Source: Octopus bimaculoides (Eukaryota). From it: a DNA stretch of 64,000 nucleotides. Every line of letters starts with the position of its first letter. The stretch's first letter is position 1. A program made the translations under genes and the position numbers. Below, piece after piece: positions 39,965 through 52,760 of this stretch. The notes under the pieces are model-generated. The model saw only the letters and a list, made by a program, of their open reading frames with translations. It ran no database searches and was not told where the DNA came from. Location of the stretch: contig NC_068983.1 in assembly GCF_001194135.2 (NCBI RefSeq), positions 108,321,762-108,385,761 of the forward strand. Direction: 5' to 3'.

Positions 39965-40128
39965 GATAATGGGTGGCTAGTGTTAGGAAGGGCATCCATC
40001 TGTAAAAACTATGCCAAAACAGACACACAAATCTGGTGCAGGCTCTTGCCTGGTCAGCTCCTGTCAAACTGTCCAGCCCATGCCAGGATGGAAGGCAGAC
40101 GTATGATGATGATGATGATGATGATGAT
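39965..40128 (+). mobile_element. RTE LINE 3' tail
   Basis: gtgttaggaagggcatccatctgtaaaaac...gtcaaactgtccagcccatgccaggatggaaggcagacg(tga)n. Confidence 0.85.
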
Positions 40129-40434
40129 ATCAAAGAAGAGGCTATATAACGGATTCTTATCATCTAACATTATTTGATGAATTGATTAAGTCGCTCAGGG
40201 TCCGCTCTTGTCTGTCTATAAGTACTAGAGCAGATTCTGTTTTAGAAACATGTCAGTTCTAACACACTCACAGCATTTAATTTTTCTTTCCTTGTTCTTT
40301 CTCCTTATCTCCCACCCTAAGATATTACACTAATCTCTTTACCTCAATGTTCAGACAAAACATTTTTCATTTTAGTATTGCTAAACTGTTCCAGTACTCA
40401 ATTACAGAATGGTGCTTATTTACTTGTTTTCCAG

Positions 40435-40458
40435 ATGAACACAAGAAAATGTATATAG
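40435..40458 (+). CDS. Candidate 24-nt symmetric (phase 1-1) microexon
   Basis: ttatttacttgttttccag|ATGAACACAAGAAAATGTATATAG|gtaaga: near-consensus acceptor and donor; open in phase 1 (xEHKKMYI). Confidence 0.35.
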   Translation: MNTRKCI

Positions 40459-41290
40459 GTAAGAAAGAAATTGGAAGGACGATGAATTCTTATGACACTT
40501 TTATTAAATTCCTAATTTAATGTGGCTGAAACACATGTTTGAATCAAATGTTCTAGACCAAACTATCTGAGAGGTATTCTCTGTGCATTTGCTTATTAAT
40601 AATTTATCAGAATAACATGTCTTGACAACTTGTAACTAATTTATTATTCTCTAATTTATTCTCAACAGTTTCAGAAAGCTACTATCTTTAGTTATTAATT
40701 TTGCTTACATGTAACAATTCTAGTCAAAGAAAAATGCATGTGAATATCATCATTTGTTTATCAAAGTGGTGCATGGTGGTGCACCAGCATGACTGCAGCC
40801 ACTTGTCTGAAACACATAAATAAATAAATAAATAAAAAGTGATTGAGCTTAATCAAAAAACTACTCACTAAATAAAATAAACTTATACGAATATATGCTG
40901 ACATACACAAATGTACATAGTTGCATGCACACACATTTTGCTGCTTAAGCATTGACATGCATCTGCACACACTTATCAAAAATTGAAAAATAAAAAGTAA
41001 AGTGGAAGTAAACCAACAAATTTGACCATTAAAAACATTAAATTTGCTGCTATGGCTGTGTGGTACAAATAAAGAACATTTGTCATGTGTAAAATTGCTC
41101 TTCCTCTATGGAAAGTACTCTTAGTACAGAAAAAAGAAGGCAAAGAAGCAGTGATGGTCAGCACTAAGTACATTGGAGCATAGAAAATGATGGCAATGCG
41201 CCATAGTGAAGACCCAGTGAACATATGCATGCATAAAAAAAAAAATTGGAGACTTCAACAATGAAGATAATGAATCACTGTATGTATGCA

Positions 41291-41322
<32 letters not shown>

Positions 41323-41361
41323 CACACACACACACATACATACACATGCATATATATGTGA

Positions 41362-41408
<47 letters not shown>

Positions 41409-41418
41409 NNNNNNNNNN

Positions 41419-41483
<65 letters not shown>

Positions 41484-41578
41484 TCACATGCATACATCTA
41501 TATATGCACACACGAACATACATACACACACACACATATATACATATATGCACACATACATGTGTGTATGTATTTATA

Positions 41579-43197
41579 ATGTGGAAACTAGGGATAGATG
41601 AGTGGTTAGTGAGAGCTGTACAAACCACGTACAGGGATGCTGTCAGTAAGGTGAGGATCGGCAATGAGTACAGTGAAGAATTCCGAGTAGGGGTCCACCA
41701 AGGATCAGTCCTCTCTTATTCATTATACTCCTCCAGGCAATAACAGAGGAATTCAAGACAGGATGTCCCTGGGAGCCTCTCTATGCTGATGACCTTGCTC
41801 TAATACCTGAGTCACTATATGAACTAGAGAACTTTCAGGTGTGGAAGCAAGGTCTAGAATCGAAGGGCCTTACAGTAAATCTAGCAAAAACCAGAGTCTT
41901 AATAAGTAGGAAGGCAGACAAACCACAAATCCTTTCAGGTCGATGGCCCTGCTCAATCAGTAGAAAAGGTGTAGGTAGAAACTCCATAAGATATACCTGG
42001 TGTAAACTATGGACACATAAGAGGTGCAGCAATATCAAAGGAAGGCTAACTGGGAAGAGAGTTTTCGTGTGTGGCAAATGCTCAGGGGCAATAAACACTG
42101 AAAATGTGCTGAAAACAACTTCTTTCAGATTCCAGGAGGAAAAACTACAAGTAGTTGATAACTTCTGTTACCTAGGTGGACTAGGTCAGTAGCAGGGATG
42201 GATGCTCTGAAAGTGTAGCTGCTAGAATAAGAATAGCCTGGGCAAAGTTCAGAGAGCTCCTACATCAGCTGGTAACAAAGGGCCTCTCGCTCAGAGTTAA
42301 AGGTAGGTTGTATGACATATGTGCAAACTGCCATGCTACACGGCAGTGAAATATGGGCCATGACTACTGAGGATATGTGTAAGCTTGCAAGAAGTGAAGA
42401 TAGTATGCCCCGCTGGATATGTAATATCAGTGCATACATGACAGTGTAAGCGCCCTGAGAGAAAAGTTGGACATAAGAAGCATCAGATGTGGTGTGCAAG
42501 AGAGACGACTGCGCTGGTATGGTCATGTGTTGCATATGGATGAGGACAGCTGTGTGAAAAAGTATCATGCCTTAGCAGTAGAGGGAACCTGTGGAAGAGG
42601 TAGACCCAGGAAGACCTGGGATGAGGTGGTGAAGTACGACCTTCAGAAGTTGGGCCTCACTGAGGTAATGACAAGTGACCGAGACCTTTGGAAATATGCT
42701 GTGCTTGAGAAGACCCAGCAAGCCAAATGAGACTGTAACCATGGCCTATGCCAGTGCAGCATAACCAGCTCATTTAAGAGTGTCCTTCAATCATTGTGCA
42801 ATAAACTGCACACGTGAAGACCTGTTGAGGCATGTGAAGTTGTGTCGTGGCCGATGACAGTATTACCAGATTGGTACCCTTGCCGGTGGCGCATAAAAAT
42901 CACTATTCAAGTGTGATTGTTGCCAGTGCTGCCTGACTGGCTCCCATGCTGGTGGCACATAAAAAGCACCATTCAAGCATGGTCAATGTCAGTGCCAGCT
43001 GACTGGCCCTCGTGTCAGTGGCATGTAAAAAGTACCCACTACACTCATGGAGTGGTCGGCATTAGGAAGGGCATCTAGCTGTAGAAACTTTGCTAGATCA
43101 GATTGAAGCCTGGTGCAGTCTTCTGGCTTGCCAGCCCTCAGTCAAACCATCCAACTCATGCCAGCATGGAAAGCGGACGTTAAACAACGATGATGAT
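41579..43197 (+). mobile_element. RTE-clade LINE, 5'-truncated: RT with embedded PHD-type finger, C-terminus and 3' UTR
   Basis: MWKLGIDEWLVRAVQ..YRDAVSKVR...GVHQGSVLS...LYADDL...GLTVNLAKT...YLG...LHGSE.W...QERRLRWYGHV..M...RGRPRKTWDEVV...; frameshifts present; 3' UTR has three ~66-bp repeats and a (GAT)n tail; embedded in TA/CA microsatellites. Confidence 0.95.
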
Positions 43198-43291
43198 AAG
43201 GATAATGATATAAAAATATATACACACACATACATATATATAAATATACATACAGACACATACATACATACATACATATATTTGTGTGTGC

Positions 43292-43336
<45 letters not shown>

Positions 43337-43847
43337 TATAATCATACATATGTATGTGCATATCAGAAAACCTTACCTATGATAATAAAGTTTGTAAGAA
43401 TGTTAATATCTTCTTTCTATTCTTTCAATGTGCAGAAAAAGTGATGGGTGGAGCCTCATGACAGATTGTTTCATGATTTGTTGATCACTCCCAAGAGAAG
43501 ATGTACCCAATTGTCTTCCCCAGTCAATCACATAGAATGTTGAGCTGCTATACGAAGTAGTTGTTAATTGAGTTATTATCATGGTGGATAGCTAAATTTG
43601 CATATTTGTACTTTAGCCATCTAATCATTAAGTAAACAATATATTTTTTTTATGCACAACTTAGTATGAATTAGAAATACTGAACTAAATTTAAATATCA
43701 AAGAGCTTTAGCTCAGCTCATGCACATACATACACAGATTCACACAACCACAAACATATACATGCATGTAGCTATACATATAAAGAAATGAACATGAATA
43801 TTGATGGAACTGTAATAAAACAAATATCCCTTCATTATGTTTCTCTC

Positions 43848-43894
<47 letters not shown>

Positions 43895-43984
43895 TGTGTG
43901 TGTGTGTGTGTGTGTGCATGTGTGTGTGTGCATGTGTAANNNNNNNNNNGTGTGTGTGTGCATGTGTGTGTGTGCATGTGTAAA

Positions 43985-44150
43985 ATATCATCATCTTTAT
44001 TATTAATTAATATCTATCTTCCATGTTGGCATGGATTGGATGCTTGACAGGATCTGATAAACCAGATGATTGCATCAAGCTCCAACGTCTGATTTTGCAT
44101 GGTTCCTAGTTTTGGGTGTCTTCCATAATGCCAACCATGGTAAAGAGTAT
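43985..44150 (-). mobile_element. RTE LINE 3' tail (old)
   Basis: ttccatgttggcatggattggatgcttgacagga... is the reverse complement of the shared terminus. Confidence 0.7.
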
Positions 44151-44482
44151 CCTGGCTGTTGTTTCTTTCTTTTTTTTTCCATGGCACTGACACTGAGAAT
44201 GTAGAAAAGGAAACAAAAGGAACAAATTCCAAGAGAGAAATAACTGATAGCACAGAAGGAAGTCATGATCAGAGATGCATTTATAGTCAACCACCAAGAG
44301 ACATGCTCAACTGGTTAAGGTCAAGCAACTGACAAGCTAATCTCTGGTTTTGAACAGACTATTTGCTGTAACCTATCTTTTATATCAAGACAAAACATGC
44401 ACATGATAACACTTCTCATCAGTTAAGATGAAAAACCATTAGAACCACTGCCTGGGAGTGCATCACTATTATTATTATTATT

Positions 44483-44718
44483 AAGGTGGCGAGCTCGCAG
44501 AATTGTTAACACGCCGGGTGAAATGCTTAACGGTATTTCATCTGCCATTACGTTCTGAGTTCAAATTCCGCCGAGGTCGACTTTGCCTTTCATCCTTTCG
44601 GGGTCGATAAATTAAGTACCAGTTTCACACTGGGGTCGATATAATTGACTTAATCCCTTTGTCTGTCCTTGTTTGTCCCCTCTATGTTTAGCCCCTTGTG
44701 GGCAATAAAGAAATAAGA
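44483..44718 (+). mobile_element. tRNA-derived SINE, family B, young full-length copy
   Basis: CpG-retaining head ggtggcgagctcgcagaa, B box gagttcaaattcc, core ccgaggtcgactttgcctttcatcctttcggggtcgataaattaagtaccag (from memory resembles the Deu/Nin SINE domain; unverified), tail gggcaataaagaaataagaa. Confidence 0.9.
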
Positions 44719-45140
44719 AGGAAGTCATGTAATTACAGCAACTGAGTTTTGTTGTTGTTAGGAGAGTGATAAAGGGGGATGGGTTTTCGAAAGATGAGTT
44801 GTGTGGCAAGGTTTAACAAGCAGAGAATGGGGCACAAACATAAACTATATGATTTTAGGATTTCATTTCTGCTGAGGTAGACAGATCTTCTTGAGCACAG
44901 AATATTGCCAATCATCTTGATCTTTTGTCATCTCATTTAGATTCAAAATCTTGAAATTGGTCTTCACTGTAAGAGTAAGCTGAAAAGTTCATGTGCTGAC
45001 TAGTAAAGAAGTGATACTAGAGCTATGAAATATTGCATACATTAATTTCAGCCCTTCTTATTAATAACTGCATTGTTTCTTTCCAGGTAAACTGACATCT
45101 GACTGTTCAAAGAAGACTTCAAAAGTGACTTCTCTTGAAA

Positions 45141-45550
45141 ATGGATAACATCTAGCATTGTGGTGATTAGGCATTGCGGTACCTGCAGAAAAAAAGGACT
45201 TAGACCCCAAGGATATTCATGTTTAAATGGTTGCTATATTAGGGGATGATGCTCCAGCTTTATCAACAGTGCAAAAATGGGCAACTGAATTTAGGGGAGG
45301 GCAAGGGAAAGTTTTGAAGATGACCCAATGTCTGGATGTCCTGTAAATGCTACCCCTGAGCAAAACATTGATCATGTTCACCACATGCTGATGAATGACA
45401 GGTGACGGACTATAAACCAAATAGCCAATGCTCTTAGCATATCCAGTGAGAGAGTTGAGAATATTCTGCACAATGAACTTAGTATGATGAAAGTTTTTGC
45501 TCAGTGAGTGTCACGTCTTCTGACACTTGATTAAAAGTGCATCAAGCTGC
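45141..45550 (+). mobile_element. Mariner (irritans/Himar-like) N-terminal transposase fragment
   Basis: From the ATG at 45141, with frameshifts: MDNI..GVIR..YLQKKGL.PKDIH..MVA.LGDDAPALSTVQKWA.EF...EDDP.SG.P..AT.EQNIDHVHHMLMND..RTINQIANALSISSERVENILHNEL.MMKVFAQ*VSRLLT (HTH domain plus degenerate WVPRLL motif). Confidence 0.85.
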
Positions 45551-45684
45551 TCATTGTGTGCCATTATTATATTTTGATAATCTTTATTTTTTGTTAGAAA
45601 GGTGACACATCTATTTCCTTATTCTCACTCATTTTGTGCTTTATAAAGTATTTATAAATCATTTTTTGCTATTTTTGTTTAGAG

Positions 45685-46774
45685 ATGGATAAGTTTGAAA
45701 TTCGTACAGTTTTGAAATATGAGTTCTTTCTTGGAAATACGGCATCACTGACAGTTCAGAATATTAATGGAGTATTTCATTCTAATGTTATTACACAGCA
45801 GACAGTATCAAATTGGTTTGCAAAATTTCGTTCTCATAACTTTGACCTAACAAATGAGCAATGCGGTCAGCCAGAAACAAAGGTGGATAATGATGAACTG
45901 AAAGCCACCGTCAAGTAGATCTATCTCAAAGTGCCTGTGAATTATTGTTGTTGTTTGGTGTTAGCAAGCAAGCAATATTGACTTACCTAGATCAAATTGG
46001 TAAAGTGAAAAAGTTGGATAAGTAGGTTCCACATGAACTCAATGAAAATCAGAAACAGCAGCATTTGGAAGCCTGCATTATACTACTTTCTCATCACAAA
46101 AACGAATCATTTTAGAACAGAATTGTAACGTGATGAGAAATGGATCCAATACAACAACCAGAAACTTTCAGCACAATGGTTGAACAAAGACAAGCAACAA
46201 AACAGTCCAAAAAGCAAAATTCATCAAAAGAAGCTGATGGTGTGCATTTGGTGGTCTGGCACAGGTGTGATCTATTATGATTTGATTAAACTTGGCTCAT
46301 CAATCACAGCCAAAGTATACTGAAGCCAACTGGACCAAATGATGCATAAACTTACAAAAAACAGCCTAGATTAGTCAACAGATCTACTCCTATTTTATTG
46401 CAAGACAACACCAGACCACACATCACAAAAATGACATTGGCAAAACTACAGGAGTTGGAGTTGGAAGTTCTCCATCATCCACCATACTCATGTGATCTTG
46501 CCCCCACTGACTACCACTTCTTCCAGAAGTTGGATAACTTTTTGATATGAAAAAATTTAATTCTGAAGATGCTATAAAACAGGCCTTCCAAGATTTTATA
46601 GACACTAGATTGCCAGACTTTTACAGTTCCAGGCTGGACAAGCTACTGCTGAAATGGCAAATGTGTGTTGACAGTATGGGTGCATACTTTGATGAATAAA
46701 ACTATTCCTTGTATTTATAAAACATTAGCAAACTTTTTTTCTTTTCTACAAATTTCATATTTGACAACCTAATA
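45685..46774 (+). mobile_element. Mariner (DD34D) transposon, near-complete but decayed ORF, right TIR present
   Basis: MDKFEIRTVLKYEF...; *VPHELNENQK; RIVT.DEKWI.YNN; ILLQDNTRPH; HPPYSCDLAPTDYHFF; ends ...SMGAYFDE* at 46699. Right end catatttgacaacctaa-TA (46773-46774). No matching left TIR found. Confidence 0.92.
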
Positions 46775-48740
46775 TAAAACTGGCTACCAAACTGAAATAA
46801 ATACCGGGGTCAATATGATCAACTAAAGCCACTGATGGTAGTGCCCTCAACATGGCTGCATTGCAATGACTACAACCAGTAAAAAAAAATAAACAGTATA
46901 TAGACATATGTCACATGGACATTTTCACTTTGATTGCTTATCAAAAAGAATTATCCTTCATGTTTTCTCCTCTCTTTCCATTCTAGACCCTAGTCAGATA
47001 TTACAATGTTCAAAACGTCCCCACTAACATTAACTCATTCTGTTCTTTTTTTCTGAGCTCCAAACAAATAAATTGATTGGGAAATTATCTCATCTTGCTT
47101 TTTGACACTTTTTTCTCTTTTTATCATTCTTGATGTGTCTGTGAGTGTGTGTGTGTGAGTGTGTGAGTGTGTGTGTGTGTGTTTGTGTATGTAATGTAAT
47201 CGCTTATCAACTGTAATCACTTCAAGAATGACTCAAGGTCTTAGAGTTTCATGGCAAGACTCTTGACAAGTGGTTTGGCATAAAACTCTTGACTCTTCAG
47301 TCACTCCTGTAGCAATTTCAAAATTACACACACACATGCACACACATTGAACTCACATTCTCTCTTTTCTAAAACCAAATTCACCTACACACACACATAC
47401 ATACACACACACACATATGTTGCATGCATGTGCACGCACATGCACACACTAATAAGGATACAAGCAAATGCAAAATGCATGTTGAGGAGATGAAATATAT
47501 GTATTAAAAGCTTAGGACAGATCCACATTATTCAAAGTTGCACAGACACATTAAATCATGTTTGATCATTCAAACACTATGTTTCTAAAATCTTAAAACT
47601 AGAACATATGAAATGCTCAGATATGCGTTCATGTTTGTGAAATTTTGACTAAGGTGCACTGAATATATACTGAATACTGAAACACATGTAATGGATGAAG
47701 TAAAGGAGTACCATGTTCAAGTCCATGTTCCTTTGTCTTTCATCATTGATGTGCTCTTATATTATATTATAGTCCATATTAGACTGCACAGGATCCCATG
47801 TGAATATGCAAGAGGGAGTTTAATGGGATTAAAATAATAGACAAAAACCTGAATGGATTGTCATTTGCTGAGTGCATTCAATCACACACACGCATATGAG
47901 AATTCTTTTTTACAAACAGAAGATGCTTAACTTAATCATACTGAGTGCTCAGCAGTCAGCTGGTACCTGAGAGGTACAGGGTTTGATTCTCTGTAGCCAC
48001 CTTCTAGCAACTTTTTTCTGACTTCTTGGGGGATTTACCCAGTTTTCTAGGCTGTTTTCACAGCAATCCTGCATTCAAAATTTACTTAATTTTCTGTAAA
48101 ACACACACATATAACACACACACACACACGTGCATGTGCACACATGTGTGTGTGAACATTCTTTTAACCTTACTTATATTTTGAGAGCTAAGGAAAACAG
48201 AGGGTTGTATTTTACCTATGTATATGGATATGAGTATGGAAACCAAACCTTAATGTGCTCACATGAGTACATATAAGAAATACCAAATATGTAATTATCT
48301 AAAACATGACTAATTACAACTTAATTGCCCCTCTAGTATGTAGCTTCCAAGCACTAGCATTAATCATCTTTAAATTTCATTATATTTAGAAAAGTGTACA
48401 CTGTATAGACTTGTTTATAAATTGCTATGTACTTCTAGCTTTCAAGGCTCATAATATAATTCCTTAATGCTAGTCATAAAGTTATTTTCCTTTTATTCTC
48501 ACCAAATTGGTTGTCTTACAATTATTATTTTACGTTTTCATTATTTTATATCTTAGCATTAATGATCACAAATTCTTATGCACAAATAAATTTCTTTAGC
48601 ATTTATATTAAAAATTATACTTTTGAAATAAATTAAATATACAAATTAAATTTTGAATTCTTCAGTTACTTTATACATATAATGAGAAAAATAAATTGAA
48701 GTTGGGATTTCATGTATTTACTGTTTAATTAACTAACATG

Positions 48741-49065
48741 GGAGGAAGGTGTGTGGCTTAGTGGTTAGGGTAATCGGCTCATAATTGTAAGGTAATGAGT
48801 ATGCTTCCCAGTGGTGTGTTGTGTCTTTGAACAAGACGCTTTATTTCAAGTTGCTCTAGTCCACTTAGCTGGCAAAAAATGAGTTGTACCTGTATTTCAA
48901 AGGACCAGCCTTGTCATACTCTATGTCATGCTGAATCTCCCTGAGAACTATGTTAAGGGTACAAGTGTTTGTGGAATGCTCAGTCATTTGCATGTTAATT
49001 TCACAAGCAGGCTGTTCTGTTGATTGGATCAACTGGAACCCTCGTCATAACCGACAGAATGCCAA
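48741..49065 (+). mobile_element. tRNA-derived SINE, family A-related (different 5' body, same 3' tail)
   Basis: Head gtggcttagtggttagg; CORE-like ttgtgtctttgaacaagacgctttatttc; from gtacctgtatttcaaagg onward colinear with ~4150-4325. Confidence 0.85.
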
Positions 49066-50080
49066 TATAATTAATATGGGTTTACATGAAATACCAAAAA
49101 TTTATGACCATCTAGTGTAGGAATCATTATGGAATAACTTTGATATTTTATCTGGGCTGATAAAAAAATTGTCTTTGGAATTAATGAAGTTATCTTGGTA
49201 AAATATAGAAATAAAAATAGATTTTATTCCATTATTTTTTATATATTTCTTTATACCGATTTTTGTTTTTTCTGTTCACTGAATGTTTGTTTTGAAAATA
49301 ACATAACATGATGCAGGATTGAGAAAATGTATATCAGTTTAAAAAGAAATCTGTAACATATCCTTTTTTGCATCTTTCACATCAGAAAATAAATGACATT
49401 GAATCAATAAATGATTAGCAAAAATAGAAGCCAACATTTTTCATAGAATTTTTATCAATTTTCTTAAATTAGAATATGAATTTGATATCTATCTGACATT
49501 TTCTTTTAAGAATGTTAGTTTTGATATGTGTATGTGTTTGATGAAGCAGTATAACATTGCAAATATAGAACTAAATTTATAAAATCCATTAGAAATATAA
49601 TTATTAGTTTAACTTTGTATTTAGAAAACAATGGAAGAATCATGAAAATGATAAAGTGTGTAGTATTTCTCAATGGCATCCAAAAGATTTTGTTTGGCTG
49701 CAGTGTTGTCTCTGGTTTTTGTTATATATTAGGAATTCTCTTCAGTATTGTATATACAAATACCACAATGCTGAGGTAATATGGTATTAAGGGAATTCTT
49801 TTCTCTAGAAGGAATGTTACTTCTCTCCACAATAGTATATTACAGAAGTTAATTAAACAATCAGAAATGAAAAACAGAGGCATTTCTTAGTGCAAAAGTA
49901 GAGTAAGTATTATTAAAAATACTGCAGAAAACAGAAAAATTCTATAAGTAAAATTGAAATAATGATTATCCTTAGAAAAATAATAAAGAAATATTGTTAA
50001 AAAAAAAGCAAGATGTTAAGTGTGCAATCGTAAAGAAGTGGGTGGAATAATATTGAATAATTGTGTTTGAATGTATGCAG

Positions 50081-50098
50081 TTATAAATGGGAATAATG
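50081..50098 (+). CDS. Candidate 18-nt symmetric (phase 1-1) microexon
   Basis: ttgtgtttgaatgtatgcag|TTATAAATGGGAATAATG|gtaagt; consensus donor, moderate acceptor; xINGNN. Confidence 0.2.
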
Positions 50099-52225
50099 GT
50101 AAGTGCAGCATTCATGCTGTGTGTATGGAACTGAGAACATGTGCTGATACAACTATGCATGCATCTTTATATATTGGCAATTTATACATGTAGCAATTCT
50201 ATATTTAGACATTAAACTAAATGACTAAATGTTTCAAGGGTTCTAAAGAAAAATATTGACTGCTGTTTATGATATCTAAGTATGTTAAGCATCATTGCAT
50301 TACTCCTCTGTTTTAACCCAAAATAAGAATTTAGTAGGCACACAGCTTTTCATAGTTCTAAACCGAATATCCACCGCAGGTCTTAAATGAACCAAAATAT
50401 ATTCTAACTACAACTCAAAAGGAAAGAAATCTAAGGATATAAAAGGACTACAAGTATTGTTCGAGAAAGCCATTGTCATGCTAGCACAAGTATTGATAAT
50501 CCTACAGTCAGAGACATAAAGCTTATTTTAAAGCAGCTTTTCTCTCCATGTTATAGAATCTATTATAGTATACTGAAATATTTTATAGAAATATCACTGC
50601 TCCTTGGAATTCCATATATAATTTATTTTCTAGTTGGTTGCTGGCATTCTCTTTATTCAATTTAGAAGCTGATGTTCATATCAAAAGTTATTTCTACTAT
50701 GCATGACTTGCACACATAGCAAGTAGATTGGCATAAAAAATGCAGCTCTTTTCTTCTTCAAAACATATAATCAGTAAGGTAACAATAAATCTCTTGCTGT
50801 ATAAAATTTTTCACTTGTAAGCGTTTATATCAAAATGAAATTTCATGCAACACTCAAATCCAAGGAGTTAAACCCAAGATTTTATATTGGAAAGAAAATT
50901 GTTTAATAATTGCTATCAAGGATCCAAGAACTACATACTACCTAACAAGTTTTAAAGAATATATTGTCATATGGAATTATATGCAATAGCACAAGTTTTT
51001 TTAAAAATAAATACAAGAATTTTTAGCTGTTTTGAGCATTTATCATCTCTAAGACACATTTTAGATACTAACATTTTGGAACATTTCTCATATCACTTTT
51101 AACTGTTACTCAACATATTTAATATTCAATCAGTTTTACTGGAAACATAGTATATAGAGTTGTATATAGTAGTGTTATATTTTAAATATTTTGACTTCTG
51201 TGACACTCAATATACAAACTTTTAAATTGTTAGTAATGAAGCTTGTTAATTTTCAGCACACTCCTTCAGTAGTGATAATGCAAATTACATAATCAATGCT
51301 AATTATTTCTGGCAATAAATATGCTAAGCAATTAATCATAATCAATTTAGTAGAGACATTTAAAATGTCTTTAATAAAAATGTCAGGATTAAAAAACATT
51401 ATTAGTTATGAATTCAATACACTAAAGCAAAAATGTTAAAAATAGTTACTTCAGTGCTTTATTGATTGAATTTGATATACATGGAGATCATCATAGTTAT
51501 CCTTAGTTGGGAACTCAATTTTTATTTACTGATTCACCTGCATATTGATATTCTGCTATTCTTAGACACATCCATAGGATTCAAGAACCATAATTTACTA
51601 TTTGTTTTTATTGCAAAGTAACCAAATTACAGATAATTAGAGCCAATACTTAATTTTTAGAGTAAACACTTCTTCTTCAATGTATGACGTTTCTTCTTTT
51701 GTAATTAATATTTTTGTATGGAGTATCTTCAACAGAATGTTACAACTGTTAATAAGTATTCTTCATACAAGGTAATCTGACATTTACTACTACTGTTCAA
51801 GGTTTATAATTCATCAAAGATCACTGAATCTAGAAAGGTGAATTCTAGGAAAAGAATAAATCAAACCATGGTAACTTTATGTTTCTATCTTTTCCTTTTT
51901 TTTATTACTGTTTTTGTTCTTTTGCAAAAAACTCCTCTCAAATATATAGAAATAACTGTCATTCTATATCTGAATATATGTGGTAATAAATAACATAAGA
52001 AAAAATATAAATGATGTCCATATTTTCAGCACAGTATTGTTAATGAATATAATATATATTTGATTAGATTCCAATATAAAGAATTTTCAAAACTATTTTT
52101 TTCAAATTTTAACAAATTAGATTGCTTGACATTTTCCTTTGCAATTCCTAAGTGTATGCACACATGTGTGTATGTGTGTGTGTATGTGCGTGTGTGTGTG
52201 TTTGTATGTGTGCATATCTATATAT

Positions 52226-52640
52226 CATCATCATCATCACCATTATCATCAACATTTAACGTCTGTTTTCTATGCTGGCATGGGTTAAATGGCTTGACAG
52301 GAATTGGCAAGGCCAGGGTCTGCACCAGGCCCCATAGTCTGTTGTAGCTTGGTTTCTATAGCTCGATGCCCTTCCTAATGCTAAACACTCCACAGTGTGT
52401 GCTGGGTGCTTTTTACATGGCACCATCACCAGTGTTTTTTATATGGAACCAGCATCAGTGCTTCTTACATGGCACCAACACCCACACCAATGCTTTTTAC
52501 ATGACACCTTGGTTTTAGGATCTCAATTCTGTTGTGGTGGGCAGGTCTTCTTGAGTACAATAATGTGTTACATATCTGTCTTTTGTCATCTCCTTTGTAA
52601 GGTACAGCACTTTTGAGATTGGCCTTCGCACTTCATCTCA
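52226..52640 (-). mobile_element. RTE LINE 3' tail/UTR with four ~24-bp units
   Basis: (CAT)n, tttaacgtctgttttctatgctggcatggg terminus, repeat units at ~52405-52505, upstream UTR ggtcttcttgagtac. Confidence 0.85.
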
Positions 52641-52661
52641 CATGTATACTTGCTTGCATTC

Positions 52662-52760
52662 ATTCATCCATCCATCCATCCATCCATTCATTCATTCATT
52701 CATTCATTCATTCATTCATTCATCCATTTATTCATTCATACATGCATACATACATACATA
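52662..52760. repeat. (CATC)n/(CATT)n/(CATA)n tetranucleotide microsatellite
   Basis: Directly visible. Confidence 0.95.

Noticed and set aside
43370-43560. Minus-strand segment ending at a TAG|GTAAGG donor
   Set aside because: All frames contain stops; the sequence weakly resembles a decayed mariner C-terminus, too degraded to list as a feature.
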